The notes beneath the pieces are model-generated. The model was not told the origin of the DNA. It saw nothing but the letters and a program-made list of their open reading frames with translations, and searched no databases. Shown here piece by piece: positions 1 to 8,771 of a DNA stretch of 38,864 nucleotides (the stretch's first letter is position 1; every line of letters starts with the position of its first letter). This DNA is from Deltaproteobacteria bacterium (GTDB taxonomy: Bacteria > Desulfobacterota > Syntrophia > Syntrophales > UBA5619): assembly GCA_026388375.1 (NCBI GenBank), contig JAPLJX010000426.1, positions 1 through 38,864 of the forward strand. Reading direction: 5' to 3'. Both the position numbers and the translations under genes were made by a program.

Positions 1-645
1 TTTCCAACGACCGGCAAAGATACGGAAAAAACCTGGATCTGGACGGCGGCGCGCGACGCCCGGGGGAAGGCGCTTCTCCGAAAGGCGGCGGTGGCAAAAG
101 AGGCGGCGGCGGACATGCCTCTGCCGCTCACCCCGCGCCATGTCGCGCGTCTCGCCCGGGAGCTGGCCGGTGAACCCTACGGCTGGGGCGGGCTCTACGG
201 AAGGCGCGACTGCTCCGCGCTGACCCGCGACATCTTCGCCCCGTTCGGCCTCTGGCTCCCCCGCAACTCCGGGGATCAGGCGGTCGCGTGGAAATTCATA
301 AGCCTCCGGAACCTCTCCTCGGCGGAAAAGGAGGCGCTGATCGTCCGGCAGGGGGCGCCGTGGCGGACCCTGCTCTGGACGCCGGGACACATCATGCTCT
401 ATATCGGGGTCCACAACGGGAAACCATTGATCTTCCACAACTTCTGGAGCATCAAGACGCGGGATGCGGATGGGAAGCGGGGAAAGATCATTGTCGGGCG
501 CGCGGCGGTTACGACGCTCCAGCCCGGCCTCGAGCTCCCGAATCGGGATTCCGCCCGGTCCGGTCTCCTCTCCGGCCTCGAAGGGATGACCCTCCTCGGG
601 GAACCGCCGGAGAACGGGACGGCAACGCAGGAGACAAAGCCATGA
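1..645 (+). CDS. NlpC/P60 (C40) family cell-wall peptidase, 3' part (5' end outside window)
   Basis: Frame 1 is open from base 1 with no stop. The translation carries the C40 catalytic signatures GWGGLYGRRDCSALTRDIF (Cys nucleophile) and TPGHIMLYIG (His). Stop TGA 643-645 overlaps the next ATG (ATGA). Confidence 0.75.
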   Translation, partial: FPTTGKDTEKTWIWTAARDARGKALLRKAAVAKEAAADMPLPLTPRHVARLARELAGEPYGWGGLYGRRDCSALTRDIFAPFGLWLPRNSGDQAVAWKFISLRNLSSAEKEALIVRQGAPWRTLLWTPGHIMLYIGVHNGKPLIFHNFWSIKTRDADGKRGKIIVGRAAVTTLQPGLELPNRDSARSGLLSGLEGMTLLGEPPENGTATQETKP

Positions 646-1478
646 TTCGGAAACCTGTTCCGGCGGGGCGCAAGGGAAAGGCGATCTCCTCTTCCGGCTG
701 CAAATACAAGCTCACGCTGGAGTATGACGGGACCGGCTACGGCGGCTGGCAGGTGCAGAAGAACGCCCGGAGCATCCAGGGAACCCTGATCGACGCCGCC
801 CGGGAGCTCTTCGGGACGGAGGTGGAGGTCCAGGGGGCGGGACGGACCGACGCCGGCGTCCACGCCCTGGCCCAGGTCGCCCACATAGACGCCCCGCGTC
901 GCCTCCCGCCGCAACGGCTCCTCCATGGTCTCAACGACCTGCTCCCCGCGCCGATCAACATCCTCAAGGTGGAAGAGGCGCCCGCGGGTTTCCACGCCCG
1001 CCACATGGCCCTGGGGAGGAGCTATCTCTACCTGATCTCCAAGAGCCGGACGGCCTTCGGAAAGCGTTATGTCTGGTGGGTCAAGGACGCGCTCGACCTG
1101 GGCCGGATGGAGGTCGCGGCCGAAATTTTCCGAGGCTTCCACGATTTCAGCTCCTTTGCGGACAAGCGGATCGACAAGCACCTCTCCACGGAGGTGAAGA
1201 TCGACCGGACGGAGGTTGTCGCCTGGGGGGAGCTGATCGCGTTTCGGATTGTCGGGTCCCACTTTCTCTGGAAGATGGTCCGCCGGCTCGCGGGCATCCT
1301 TGTCGAGGCGGGACGGGGGACCCTCTCCCCGGCCGAGGTGGAGCGGATGCTGACCAACGCCTCGGAGATTCCCGCACGGTGCACGGCGCCCCCGTCGGGA
1401 CTCTTCCTCGCCCAGGTCCTCTATGAGGGGGACCGCCTGGGACCGCTTTCCCTTCCGACGGTTCCGCTTCTGCTTTGA
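642..1478 (+). CDS. truA: tRNA pseudouridine(38-40) synthase TruA
   Basis: KYKLTLEYDGTGYGGWQVQ and GAGRTDAGVHALAQV (catalytic Asp motif) are classic TruA signatures. I chose the internal ATG at 642 (MIRKPV...) because the longer 288 start only adds an R/P/G-rich out-of-context extension overlapping the upstream gene. Confidence 0.9.
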   Translation: MIRKPVPAGRKGKAISSSGCKYKLTLEYDGTGYGGWQVQKNARSIQGTLIDAARELFGTEVEVQGAGRTDAGVHALAQVAHIDAPRRLPPQRLLHGLNDLLPAPINILKVEEAPAGFHARHMALGRSYLYLISKSRTAFGKRYVWWVKDALDLGRMEVAAEIFRGFHDFSSFADKRIDKHLSTEVKIDRTEVVAWGELIAFRIVGSHFLWKMVRRLAGILVEAGRGTLSPAEVERMLTNASEIPARCTAPPSGLFLAQVLYEGDRLGPLSLPTVPLLL

Positions 1479-1657
1479 TTTCTGCGCAGCACAAAATTGC
1501 TTGCGGAGACAAATTCTCCTGTGCTACATAACCTGAGAAATTCCATCGGAATGACCCTCTTTACATGACTTATCTTGTTCCTCTTCCCGGCGCCGGGTGG
1601 GGGTGGACCATTCCGGTTTTCTTTTTTCCGTAGCCGTCAAAACTTGGGAGGTGCAAC

Positions 1658-3517
1658 ATGGCCAATGGTTATGCCGGGCGTTTCCTGCATGTGGACCTGA
1701 CGAACGGTCGCTGTTCTCCTTTCACGGTGGAGGATGCACTACTCCGAAAGTTCATCGGGGGGAGCTCCCTCGGGGCGAAGCTCTTCCTGGACGGCTACCG
1801 GCTGGACGCCGACCCCCTCGCCCCCGAAAGCCCGCTGATGGTGATGACGGGGCCGATGGTGGGGAGCGGCTTCCCCGGAACCTCCCGGTTTGCGGTCTGC
1901 GCCAAGTCGCCGCTGACGGGGATCTGGGGGGAGTCGGCGTGCGGTGGGAACTTCGGGCCGGAGCTGAAAAGGGCGGGATACGACGGGATCGTGATCACCG
2001 GCCGCGCGGAGAAACCGGTCGTTCTTTCCATCGTGGAGGGCGAAGCGAAGCTGACCGATGCCTCCGGTCTCTGGGGGAAGGACGTCTACGAGACCGCGGA
2101 TCTTCTCAAGGAGGCGGACAAGGGGGCCAAAACGCTCGTCATCGGCCCCGCCGGGGAAAACCTCGTCCGGTTCGCCGCGATCGGGAACGACAAGGGCCAC
2201 TTTGTCGGCCGGACGGGCCTTGGGGCCGTCGTGGGGGCGAAACGGCTGAAGGCGATCTCCGTCCGCGGGTCCGGAAAGCTGACCAGGGCCGATGAAACCC
2301 GCTTCCGCGAGCTCCAAAAGGCGGCCATTGAGGAGATCAAGGATTCGGCGCTGGCCGGCTCTCTCCACGCGATGGGTTCCGACGCGAACATGGACATCGG
2401 CATGATCAACGGGGACGTGCCGGTCAAGAACTGGTCCGTCGGCGAGGATTTCGAACTCTCCTCCGCTCTAAGCGGCCCGACGCTTTCCGAAACCTACCTC
2501 ACCCGCGCCCATGCCTGCGCCAACTGTCCGGTGGCCTGCAAGCGGGTCGTCAAGGTTCCCGACGGTCCGTTTCAAACGGAGGAGGGGCCGGGTCCGGAGT
2601 ACGAGACCTGCGGAACCTTCGGGACGATGATCATGAACCGGAATCTCGCGGGGGTGATCAAGGCGAACGAGCTCTGCAACCGCCTCGGGATGGATACGAT
2701 CAGTTGCGGGGCGGCGATCGCCTGGGCGATGGAACTGTTTGAGAAGGGGACCCTGACCCTGAAGGAGACGGACGACCTCGACCTTTCCTGGGGAAACATG
2801 GAGAGTGTGCTTGCGCTTCTTCCGCGGATCGCCAGGCGGGAGGGTTTCGGCGACCTGCTCGCGCAGGGGAGCCTTGCTGCCGCCCGGAAGATCGGCGGCG
2901 ATGCCGTGGATGCGGTCGTCCACGTCAAGGGGCTCGATCTCCCGATGCACGACCCGCGGGGCTTCCACGGGATGGGGCTTGCCTACATGATGTCGAACCG
3001 GGGGGCCTGCCACCTCCAGCACGCCGTCCTCGCGACGGAACAGGGGATGGCCTCCTGGCCGCAGCTCTTCCCGATGAAGGACGACTACAAAGGGACGACG
3101 AGCGAGGGGAAGGCGGAGCTTGTCTTCCACTCGGAGAACTACGGCATCCTCGGAAATTCGCTTTCGATTTGCCACTACCTCACCGACTGCCTGAAGCCGG
3201 AGACGATCCGGGACGCCTTCAACGCGATCACAGGCTTCGGCCTCGACTTCGACGGGCTGATGGCCTGCGGCGCCCGGGACTGGACGCTGAAGCGGGGGAT
3301 CAACAACCTCCTCGGGGTGACGGAAAAGGACGACGTGTTGCCGAAGCGGATCATGACGCCGCTCAAGGAAGGGGCCGGCGCCGGTTCGGTCCCCGACGTC
3401 GAGAAGCTGAAGCGCGAGTATTACGCGCTTCGCGGGCTCGATAAACGGGGCTTCCCGCGGGAGGAAAAACTCCGGGAGCTGGGGCTCGACGATCTCCGGG
3501 AGAGGCTCTATCGGTAG
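1658..3517 (+). CDS. aor: Aldehyde:ferredoxin oxidoreductase family (tungsten/molybdopterin enzyme)
   Basis: The 619 aa product has the AFOR N-terminus MANGYAGRFLHVDLTNG...GGSSLGAKL, a CANCPVAC 4Fe-4S cysteine motif and GPEYETCGTFG. SD GGGAGGTG lies upstream of the ATG. Confidence 0.9.
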   Translation: MANGYAGRFLHVDLTNGRCSPFTVEDALLRKFIGGSSLGAKLFLDGYRLDADPLAPESPLMVMTGPMVGSGFPGTSRFAVCAKSPLTGIWGESACGGNFGPELKRAGYDGIVITGRAEKPVVLSIVEGEAKLTDASGLWGKDVYETADLLKEADKGAKTLVIGPAGENLVRFAAIGNDKGHFVGRTGLGAVVGAKRLKAISVRGSGKLTRADETRFRELQKAAIEEIKDSALAGSLHAMGSDANMDIGMINGDVPVKNWSVGEDFELSSALSGPTLSETYLTRAHACANCPVACKRVVKVPDGPFQTEEGPGPEYETCGTFGTMIMNRNLAGVIKANELCNRLGMDTISCGAAIAWAMELFEKGTLTLKETDDLDLSWGNMESVLALLPRIARREGFGDLLAQGSLAAARKIGGDAVDAVVHVKGLDLPMHDPRGFHGMGLAYMMSNRGACHLQHAVLATEQGMASWPQLFPMKDDYKGTTSEGKAELVFHSENYGILGNSLSICHYLTDCLKPETIRDAFNAITGFGLDFDGLMACGARDWTLKRGINNLLGVTEKDDVLPKRIMTPLKEGAGAGSVPDVEKLKREYYALRGLDKRGFPREEKLRELGLDDLRERLYR

Positions 3518-3580
3518 ATTTTTCAAACAGGGCCGGTTGTTCGTTGGAAACGATGAAACAGGTAAGTCAAGGAGGAAAAT

Positions 3581-4006
3581 ATGGTGAAATACAATGCGAT
3601 GACACAGGAGTGGCTCGACGCGTGGAAGCAGAAGATCGCGAACTCGAAGGAGTACCGGGAGATCGCAAAGAACTGGGAGGGGAGCGTCTCCATGATCGTG
3701 AACCCCGATCCGGAGAAGGGGATCCCGGAACCGATCTACCTCTTCACGGACTACTGGCACGGCGACGTGCGGGATTTCCTCATCTGTGACAAGGCGAAGG
3801 CGGAGAGCGCCAACTTCGTCATGTCGGCCGATTTCGCCCGCTGGAAACAGGTGGCGAAGAAGGAGGTCGATTCCACCAAGGCCCTGATGCAGGGGAAACT
3901 GAAGCTCAAGGGCGATCTGACCTACGTGGTCCGGAATATCAAGACCGTGAACAAGGTGATCGATCTGCTCTGTGAAATCGAGACCATCTGGCCGGACGAG
4001 GCCTGA
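3581..4006 (+). CDS. SCP2 sterol/lipid-carrier domain protein
   Basis: The 141 aa product has the C-terminal SCP2 signature ALMQGKLKLKGDLTYV. Strong SD AAGGAGG precedes the ATG. Confidence 0.7.
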   Translation: MVKYNAMTQEWLDAWKQKIANSKEYREIAKNWEGSVSMIVNPDPEKGIPEPIYLFTDYWHGDVRDFLICDKAKAESANFVMSADFARWKQVAKKEVDSTKALMQGKLKLKGDLTYVVRNIKTVNKVIDLLCEIETIWPDEA

Positions 4007-4011
4007 GCGGA

Positions 4012-4030
4012 ACGGCGGGAATCCCGCCGT
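4012..4030 (+). other. Intercistronic 8-bp GC-rich hairpin (no U-tract)
   Basis: ACGGCGGG-AAT-CCCGCCGT is a perfect 8 bp stem with a 3 nt loop between the SCP2 stop and the ADH SD. No T-run follows, so it is more likely an mRNA stability or processing element than a terminator. Confidence 0.4.
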
Positions 4031-4044
4031 AAAAGGAGGAATCC

Positions 4045-5208
4045 ATGGCCTACGATCGGGATTTGTCGTTTGTCTATTTCGGTCCGACGAAGATCGTCTT
4101 TGGCGTTGGGACGGCGCGCGACGTCGGGATGGAGATGACCGGTCTCGGCTGCGCCCGGGCGCTCGTCGTGACCGATCCGGGGGTGATGAAGGCGGGGTTG
4201 GTCGAGGGGGTTCTGAAGGCCCTCGGGGATCGGTGCGCCGGCGTCTGGAGCGACGTGCCCCAGGACACGGGCGTGGGGATCGTGAACCGCGCGGCCGCTT
4301 TCGCCCGGGAAAAAGGGGCGGACTGCGTCGTCAGCGTGGGGGGCGGCAGCGTCATCGACACGGGGAAGGGGATCTGCATCCTGCTTACGGAAGGCGGCGG
4401 CCTCGAGAATTTCGAGGGGATTCAACTCCTCACCCGGCCGCAGACGCCGCACATCGTCATCCCGACGACGGCGGGGACGGGGAGTGAGGTGACCAACATG
4501 GCGGTCATCCTCGACGAGCGGAAGGCGCAGAAGATCCTGATTGTCGAGTCGTTCAACACGCCGCGGACCGCCATCCTCGATCCGAAGATGACGGAGAAAC
4601 TTCCGCCGTTGCTGACGGCATCGACCGGGATGGATGCGATGACCCACGCCGTGGAGGCGCTGCAGTCGGTTCAGCGCGAACCGATCGCGGACGGGCTGGC
4701 GATGCAGGCGATCCGCCTGCTCCACCGTGATCTTCCGGTCTGCGTGCAAAACGGCGGAGACCTCGCGGCCCGCGGGCAGACCCAGCTCGCCGCGACGATG
4801 GCCGGCTGGGCCTTCGGGAACGCAATGGTCGGTCTGGTCCATGCGATGGCCCACTCCCTCGGGGCGATCGCCCGCGTGCCGCATGGAATTGCTAATGGAA
4901 TACTCCTCCCGCACGTTATGGCGTTTAACCGGAACGATGCGGCGGAGGGCTATGCAATGGTCGCCGAGGCCCTCGGGGTGCGCGAAAAGGGGATGGATGA
5001 ACGTGGGGCCGCGGGGGCGGCCATCGTGGAAATCAGCGCCCTCCTCCGGCGGATCGGCCATCCGCTCCGTCTTTCGGAAACGGGTGCGAAAGAGGAAGAT
5101 TTGATCAAGGCGGCAGCGCTCAGCCTCTCCGACGGGGCGATCGTCAACAATCCGCGGATGGTCCTTGACGAGGAGGAGGTCCTCGCCGTCTACCGGGCGG
5201 CGTTCTGA
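4045..5208 (+). CDS. Iron-containing (group III) alcohol dehydrogenase
   Basis: The 387 aa product shows typical Fe-ADH blocks: VVSVGGGSVIDTGK, PTTAGTGSEVT, and GMDAMTHAVEA...GLVHAMAHSLG (metal-binding His). SD AAAGGAGG is present. Confidence 0.9.
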   Translation: MAYDRDLSFVYFGPTKIVFGVGTARDVGMEMTGLGCARALVVTDPGVMKAGLVEGVLKALGDRCAGVWSDVPQDTGVGIVNRAAAFAREKGADCVVSVGGGSVIDTGKGICILLTEGGGLENFEGIQLLTRPQTPHIVIPTTAGTGSEVTNMAVILDERKAQKILIVESFNTPRTAILDPKMTEKLPPLLTASTGMDAMTHAVEALQSVQREPIADGLAMQAIRLLHRDLPVCVQNGGDLAARGQTQLAATMAGWAFGNAMVGLVHAMAHSLGAIARVPHGIANGILLPHVMAFNRNDAAEGYAMVAEALGVREKGMDERGAAGAAIVEISALLRRIGHPLRLSETGAKEEDLIKAAALSLSDGAIVNNPRMVLDEEEVLAVYRAAF

Positions 5209-5250
5209 ACCTTCTCCTGACGGATTCAAAGCCCACGACGGATCGATCCT

Positions 5251-5289
5251 GTTGCACAACGACATCACTCGGGGAGAACGTTGTGCAAC
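5251..5289. repeat. Perfect 11-bp inverted repeat (GTTGCACAACG / CGTTGTGCAAC) with 17-nt spacer
   Basis: Read directly: 5251-5261 is the exact reverse complement of 5279-5289. It lies in the ADH/SCP2-like intergenic region. Confidence 0.7.
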
Positions 5290-5299
5290 TTGGAAATCG

Positions 5300-5361
5300 G
5301 ATCCCGGAAGCGCGCATTGGAGATTTTTCGGTTCGAAAAATGTCCAGCGCGCGGAGGGATC
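5300..5361 (+). promoter_or_regulatory. 62-nt compound stem-loop (about 24 bp paired) in the 5' region of the SCP2-like gene
   Basis: Nested complementarity read directly: GATCCC(5300-05)/GGGATC(5356-61), GCGCGC(5310-15)/GCGCGC(5347-52), TGGA(5318-21)/TCCA(5343-46), ATTTTTCG(5323-30)/CGAAAAAT(5334-41), loop GTT. Confidence 0.55.
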
Positions 5362-5393
5362 ACGATTTCCCAAAGTCTCTTGGGGAGAATGTC

Positions 5394-5813
5394 ATGGAAG
5401 AGGAATTCATCGAAAACAGGGCGGCCTCGGTTCCGTTTGCCGGAATCCTCACGGATCTGCTGACGGCGAACCTGACGCAGCGTCCGGAAAAGCGGGTGGT
5501 CTATGATAACATGCACGGGACCGTCGCCATCGAGCTTGTCGACATCGAAACGGCGGTGACCATGGTCTTTGCGGCGGGAAAGCTCCGGATCGAGGAGGGG
5601 ATCGTCGGGCGTCCGGAAATCGTCATCCGGACGGATTCCGAGCGGGTGATGGACTTGAACGCCCTCCGGATCGTCGGCGGGCTCCCCTGGTATTTTGACG
5701 AGGCGGGCCGGCGGGTCTTAAATCATCTCGTTTCCGGGAGGCTGAAAATAGAGGGGCTTTTCACCCATCCGGTCTTGCTTACACAGTTGACAAAGATCAT
5801 GTCCGTCATGTAA
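5394..5813 (+). CDS. SCP2-like lipid-binding domain protein
   Basis: The C-terminal LVSGRLKIEGLFTHPVLLTQL resembles the SCP2 G-K-L-K-I-x-G motif. ATG 5394 has SD GGGGAG 6 nt upstream. The track's 5283 start is a GTG buried in the inverted repeat. Confidence 0.6.
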   Translation: MEEEFIENRAASVPFAGILTDLLTANLTQRPEKRVVYDNMHGTVAIELVDIETAVTMVFAAGKLRIEEGIVGRPEIVIRTDSERVMDLNALRIVGGLPWYFDEAGRRVLNHLVSGRLKIEGLFTHPVLLTQLTKIMSVM

Positions 5814-5913
5814 AAGGAGCGCAACCGATGGGTGATCTCCCCCACAACAATGGTGTTTCACATAAAAACGGGATTCTTCGAGACGATAACCGGTTAAGAA
5901 AGGGTGACGCTTC

Positions 5914-8718
5914 ATGATGGGTACGCAATTCAAAGGAATGAAAAAAACCATAGCCTGGCTGTTCCCCATACTATGTTCCTTGATTTTTTCCTCCCTCGTG
6001 TGCGCAGCCACGAACGAAGACTGCATGCAATGTCATTCGGATGAAAAGATGACCACGAAGCGAAAAGGTCAAACCGTTTCCCTTTATATCGATTTGAAGA
6101 AATTTTCCCGCTCCGTTCACAAGCAGGCGGGATGCGCCGGGTGTCATTCGGATGCGGATGTAAAAGAGTTCCCCCATCCCGAAAAATTAGGACCCGTGAA
6201 ATGCGGCACCTGTCATGATGATGCGGATAAAGACTTCAGCACAAGCATCCACGGGAAGGCGTTGGCCAAAAAAGAACCGTACGCCCCCACCTGTTCCGAG
6301 TGTCACGGGAACCACTACATTCTGTCCCAGAAGAATCCCAATTCCCTCACCTACAAAATGAATATCCCTGTTCTTTGCGGGAAATGTCACCGGGAAGGCG
6401 CTCCCGTCGCCCGAACCTACGATATTCCGGAAAAAAATATCCTGGACAACTATTCCCAGAGCATTCACGGGGTGGGTTTGTTCAAGCGGGGGCTCATCGT
6501 CACCGCCACATGCAACGATTGCCACGGGAACCACCTCATTCTTCCCCATACTGACGCCCGCTCCTCGATCTCTCCCTATAACATCGCGAAGACCTGCCAA
6601 GTTTGCCATACCAAGATCGAACAGGTCCATACGAAAGTGATTCGGGGCGAAATGTGGGAAGAGAAGCCGGGGGCGATTCCCGCCTGTTCGGACTGCCATC
6701 TGTCCCACAAAATGCGCAAGGAAAGCGTTGCGACCGGCCTGTCGGACCGCGTCTGCTTGAAGTGTCACTCGACGCAAACGGTTCATAAGGTTGCGGGCGG
6801 GCAGAAAATTTCCATGCATGTGGATGATGCTGAATTACAGAATTCCGCCCACAAAAACATCCCCTGTGTCAAATGCCACGCGGATATCAACCCCCGCCTT
6901 CCCCGTCCCTGCCAGACCTCCGGCAAGATTGACTGCTCCGGTTGCCACGCCCAGATGGCGAAAGACTACAATGAGAGCGTGCACGGGCAGGCCTATCTGA
7001 AAAAGAAAACGGATGCCCCTTACTGCACCGATTGTCACGGCAAGCATCAGGTATTGTCTCAGCGGAAGATGGATTCCCCCGTTTATCGGGCGAACATCCC
7101 CCGCCTTTGCGGCAAATGTCACGGCGTAAAGGGGAAGGCTGCCCGGGTGTCGCAGGTCGAAAAGGGAAACGTCGTCGTCGATTATGCAACCAGCGTCCAT
7201 GGGATAGGGCTGCAGCAAAAGGGTCTGCTCCCCACCGCGATCTGCACCGATTGCCACAACAGCCATCTCATCCTGGACCACAAAGATCCGCGTTCTTCGA
7301 TCAATATCAAGAATGTTCCGGCCACCTGCGGCACCTGCCACCGGGGGATTTACACCATATTCGAGAAGAGCATCCACAGCCCCATGGTCAGCAAGTCCAC
7401 GGAACAGTTGCCGACCTGCAAGGATTGCCACTCCTCCCATGAAATCAAGGCGAGCGCACAGGACAAGTTCCTGACCGAAATTACCGATCAATGCGGAAAA
7501 TGCCATAAGGAGCTGGGTAAAACGTACCTGGATACCATGCACGGCAAGGCGTATCGATTGGGGTCCCTGAAATCGGCCAAATGTTCCGACTGTCACGGGG
7601 CCCATGATACCCTGGGGGTGAACGATCCGAATTCCTCTGTCGGCTTTAATCATGTGGTCAAGACCTGCCAGAAATGCCATCCGGATGCAAACCGGCGCTT
7701 CACCGGTTATCTGACCCACGCCACCCACCACGACAGGGCGAAATATCCGATTCTTTACGTCACTTTCTGGGGGATGACCTCCCTGCTCCTGGGAACCTTC
7801 GGCTTCTTCGGACTCCATACCTTGCTGTGGCTACCGCGATCCTTCGCCCATCTGCGGGGAAAACGGAAGATGGAAATGGGGGCCCACGAGAGGTATTATA
7901 TCCGGCGCTTTACCGATATCCAGCGCATCTCCCATTTGATCGTCATCCTCAGCTTCATGGGGTTGGCCCTGACGGGGATGGTCTTGAAATTTGCGGGTTT
8001 GGTCTGGGCGAAGGTCGTCACCAATCTGCTCGGCGGGGTGGAGATGGCCGGTCGGATCCATCGTCTCTCGGCGTTTGTGCTGATCGTCTTCTTCCTCTAT
8101 CATATCTACTCGCTGATCCGGATGAAAATTGAAAGGAAAACGCCACTGAAGGAATTCCTGTTCGGAAGAGACTCCATGTTGCCGAATGCGCAGGACTTGA
8201 AGGATTTTGTCGGCACCGTGAAATGGTTTTTCGGAAAGGGACCCCGCCCCCAGTACGGCCATTGGACCTACTGGGAGAAATTTGATTATCTGGCGGTCTT
8301 CTGGGGCGTTCCGGTCATCGGATTGTCGGGTCTGATGCTCTGGTTCCCGGAGATTTCCTCGCTGATCTTTCCGGGCTGGCTGATCAACGTGGCCACGATC
8401 ATTCACAGCGACGAGGCGCTACTGGCCACCGGATTTATTTTTACGATTCACTTTTTCAATACCCATCTCCGTCCCGAAGGGTTCCCGATGGACCGGGTGA
8501 TCTTCACCGGACTGGTTCCGCTGAATGAATATCGCCTCGACCGGCCCCGGGATTACGCGGAGCAGAAAAAAGAGGGACAACTGAAGAAGAGTCTGGTTTT
8601 CACCGAACTGTCGCCCCGCTTCATCAAATTCGTTTACGTCTTCGGGTTCTTTTTCCTGAGCATCGGGATCATGATTGTATTGTTGATCCTTTACTCCATG
8701 ATCTTCGGGTATCGATAA
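5914..8718 (+). CDS. Multihaem cytochrome c (19 CxxCH) fused to a C-terminal polytopic cytochrome-b-like membrane domain
   Basis: I counted 19 CxxCH motifs in residues 37-590. The N-terminal signal-like segment is KKTIAWLFPILCSLIFSSLVCA. The C-terminal ~320 aa contains about 6 hydrophobic helices with His residues in or next to them (ISHLIV, RIHRLS, LYHIY, IIHSDEA, TIHFFNTH). Confidence 0.85.
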   Translation: MMGTQFKGMKKTIAWLFPILCSLIFSSLVCAATNEDCMQCHSDEKMTTKRKGQTVSLYIDLKKFSRSVHKQAGCAGCHSDADVKEFPHPEKLGPVKCGTCHDDADKDFSTSIHGKALAKKEPYAPTCSECHGNHYILSQKNPNSLTYKMNIPVLCGKCHREGAPVARTYDIPEKNILDNYSQSIHGVGLFKRGLIVTATCNDCHGNHLILPHTDARSSISPYNIAKTCQVCHTKIEQVHTKVIRGEMWEEKPGAIPACSDCHLSHKMRKESVATGLSDRVCLKCHSTQTVHKVAGGQKISMHVDDAELQNSAHKNIPCVKCHADINPRLPRPCQTSGKIDCSGCHAQMAKDYNESVHGQAYLKKKTDAPYCTDCHGKHQVLSQRKMDSPVYRANIPRLCGKCHGVKGKAARVSQVEKGNVVVDYATSVHGIGLQQKGLLPTAICTDCHNSHLILDHKDPRSSINIKNVPATCGTCHRGIYTIFEKSIHSPMVSKSTEQLPTCKDCHSSHEIKASAQDKFLTEITDQCGKCHKELGKTYLDTMHGKAYRLGSLKSAKCSDCHGAHDTLGVNDPNSSVGFNHVVKTCQKCHPDANRRFTGYLTHATHHDRAKYPILYVTFWGMTSLLLGTFGFFGLHTLLWLPRSFAHLRGKRKMEMGAHERYYIRRFTDIQRISHLIVILSFMGLALTGMVLKFAGLVWAKVVTNLLGGVEMAGRIHRLSAFVLIVFFLYHIYSLIRMKIERKTPLKEFLFGRDSMLPNAQDLKDFVGTVKWFFGKGPRPQYGHWTYWEKFDYLAVFWGVPVIGLSGLMLWFPEISSLIFPGWLINVATIIHSDEALLATGFIFTIHFFNTHLRPEGFPMDRVIFTGLVPLNEYRLDRPRDYAEQKKEGQLKKSLVFTELSPRFIKFVYVFGFFFLSIGIMIVLLILYSMIFGYR

Positions 8719-8724
8719 TGTAAT

Positions 8725-8752
8725 CGCCTCCCGACCCTTCGGTCGGGAGGCG
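8725..8752. other. Perfect 12-bp GC-rich hairpin downstream of the cytochrome gene
   Basis: CGCCTCCCGACC-CTTC-GGTCGGGAGGCG, read directly. No T-tract is adjacent on either strand. Confidence 0.45.
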
Positions 8753-8771
8753 GCGGTGCGGGGCGGGACAG

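Noticed and set aside
288-641. N-terminal extensions proposed by the longest-ORF track for truA (288), ecfA (11372), bioY (11797), the GspE-like ATPase (33674), the SCP2-like gene (5283 GTG) and moeA (38621 TTG).
   Set aside because: The extensions overlap upstream genes or structured intergenic DNA and translate to implausible low-complexity sequence. Internal ATGs with an SD or an ATGA overlap fit the conserved family N-termini.
1486-1503. Sigma-54-like element GCAGCAC-AAAA-TTGCT upstream of the AOR gene.
   Set aside because: The -24 GG is AG, and the spacing between the GC-AC block and TTGC is one nt short of the TGGCAC-N5-TTGC consensus. This is not convincing without a search model.
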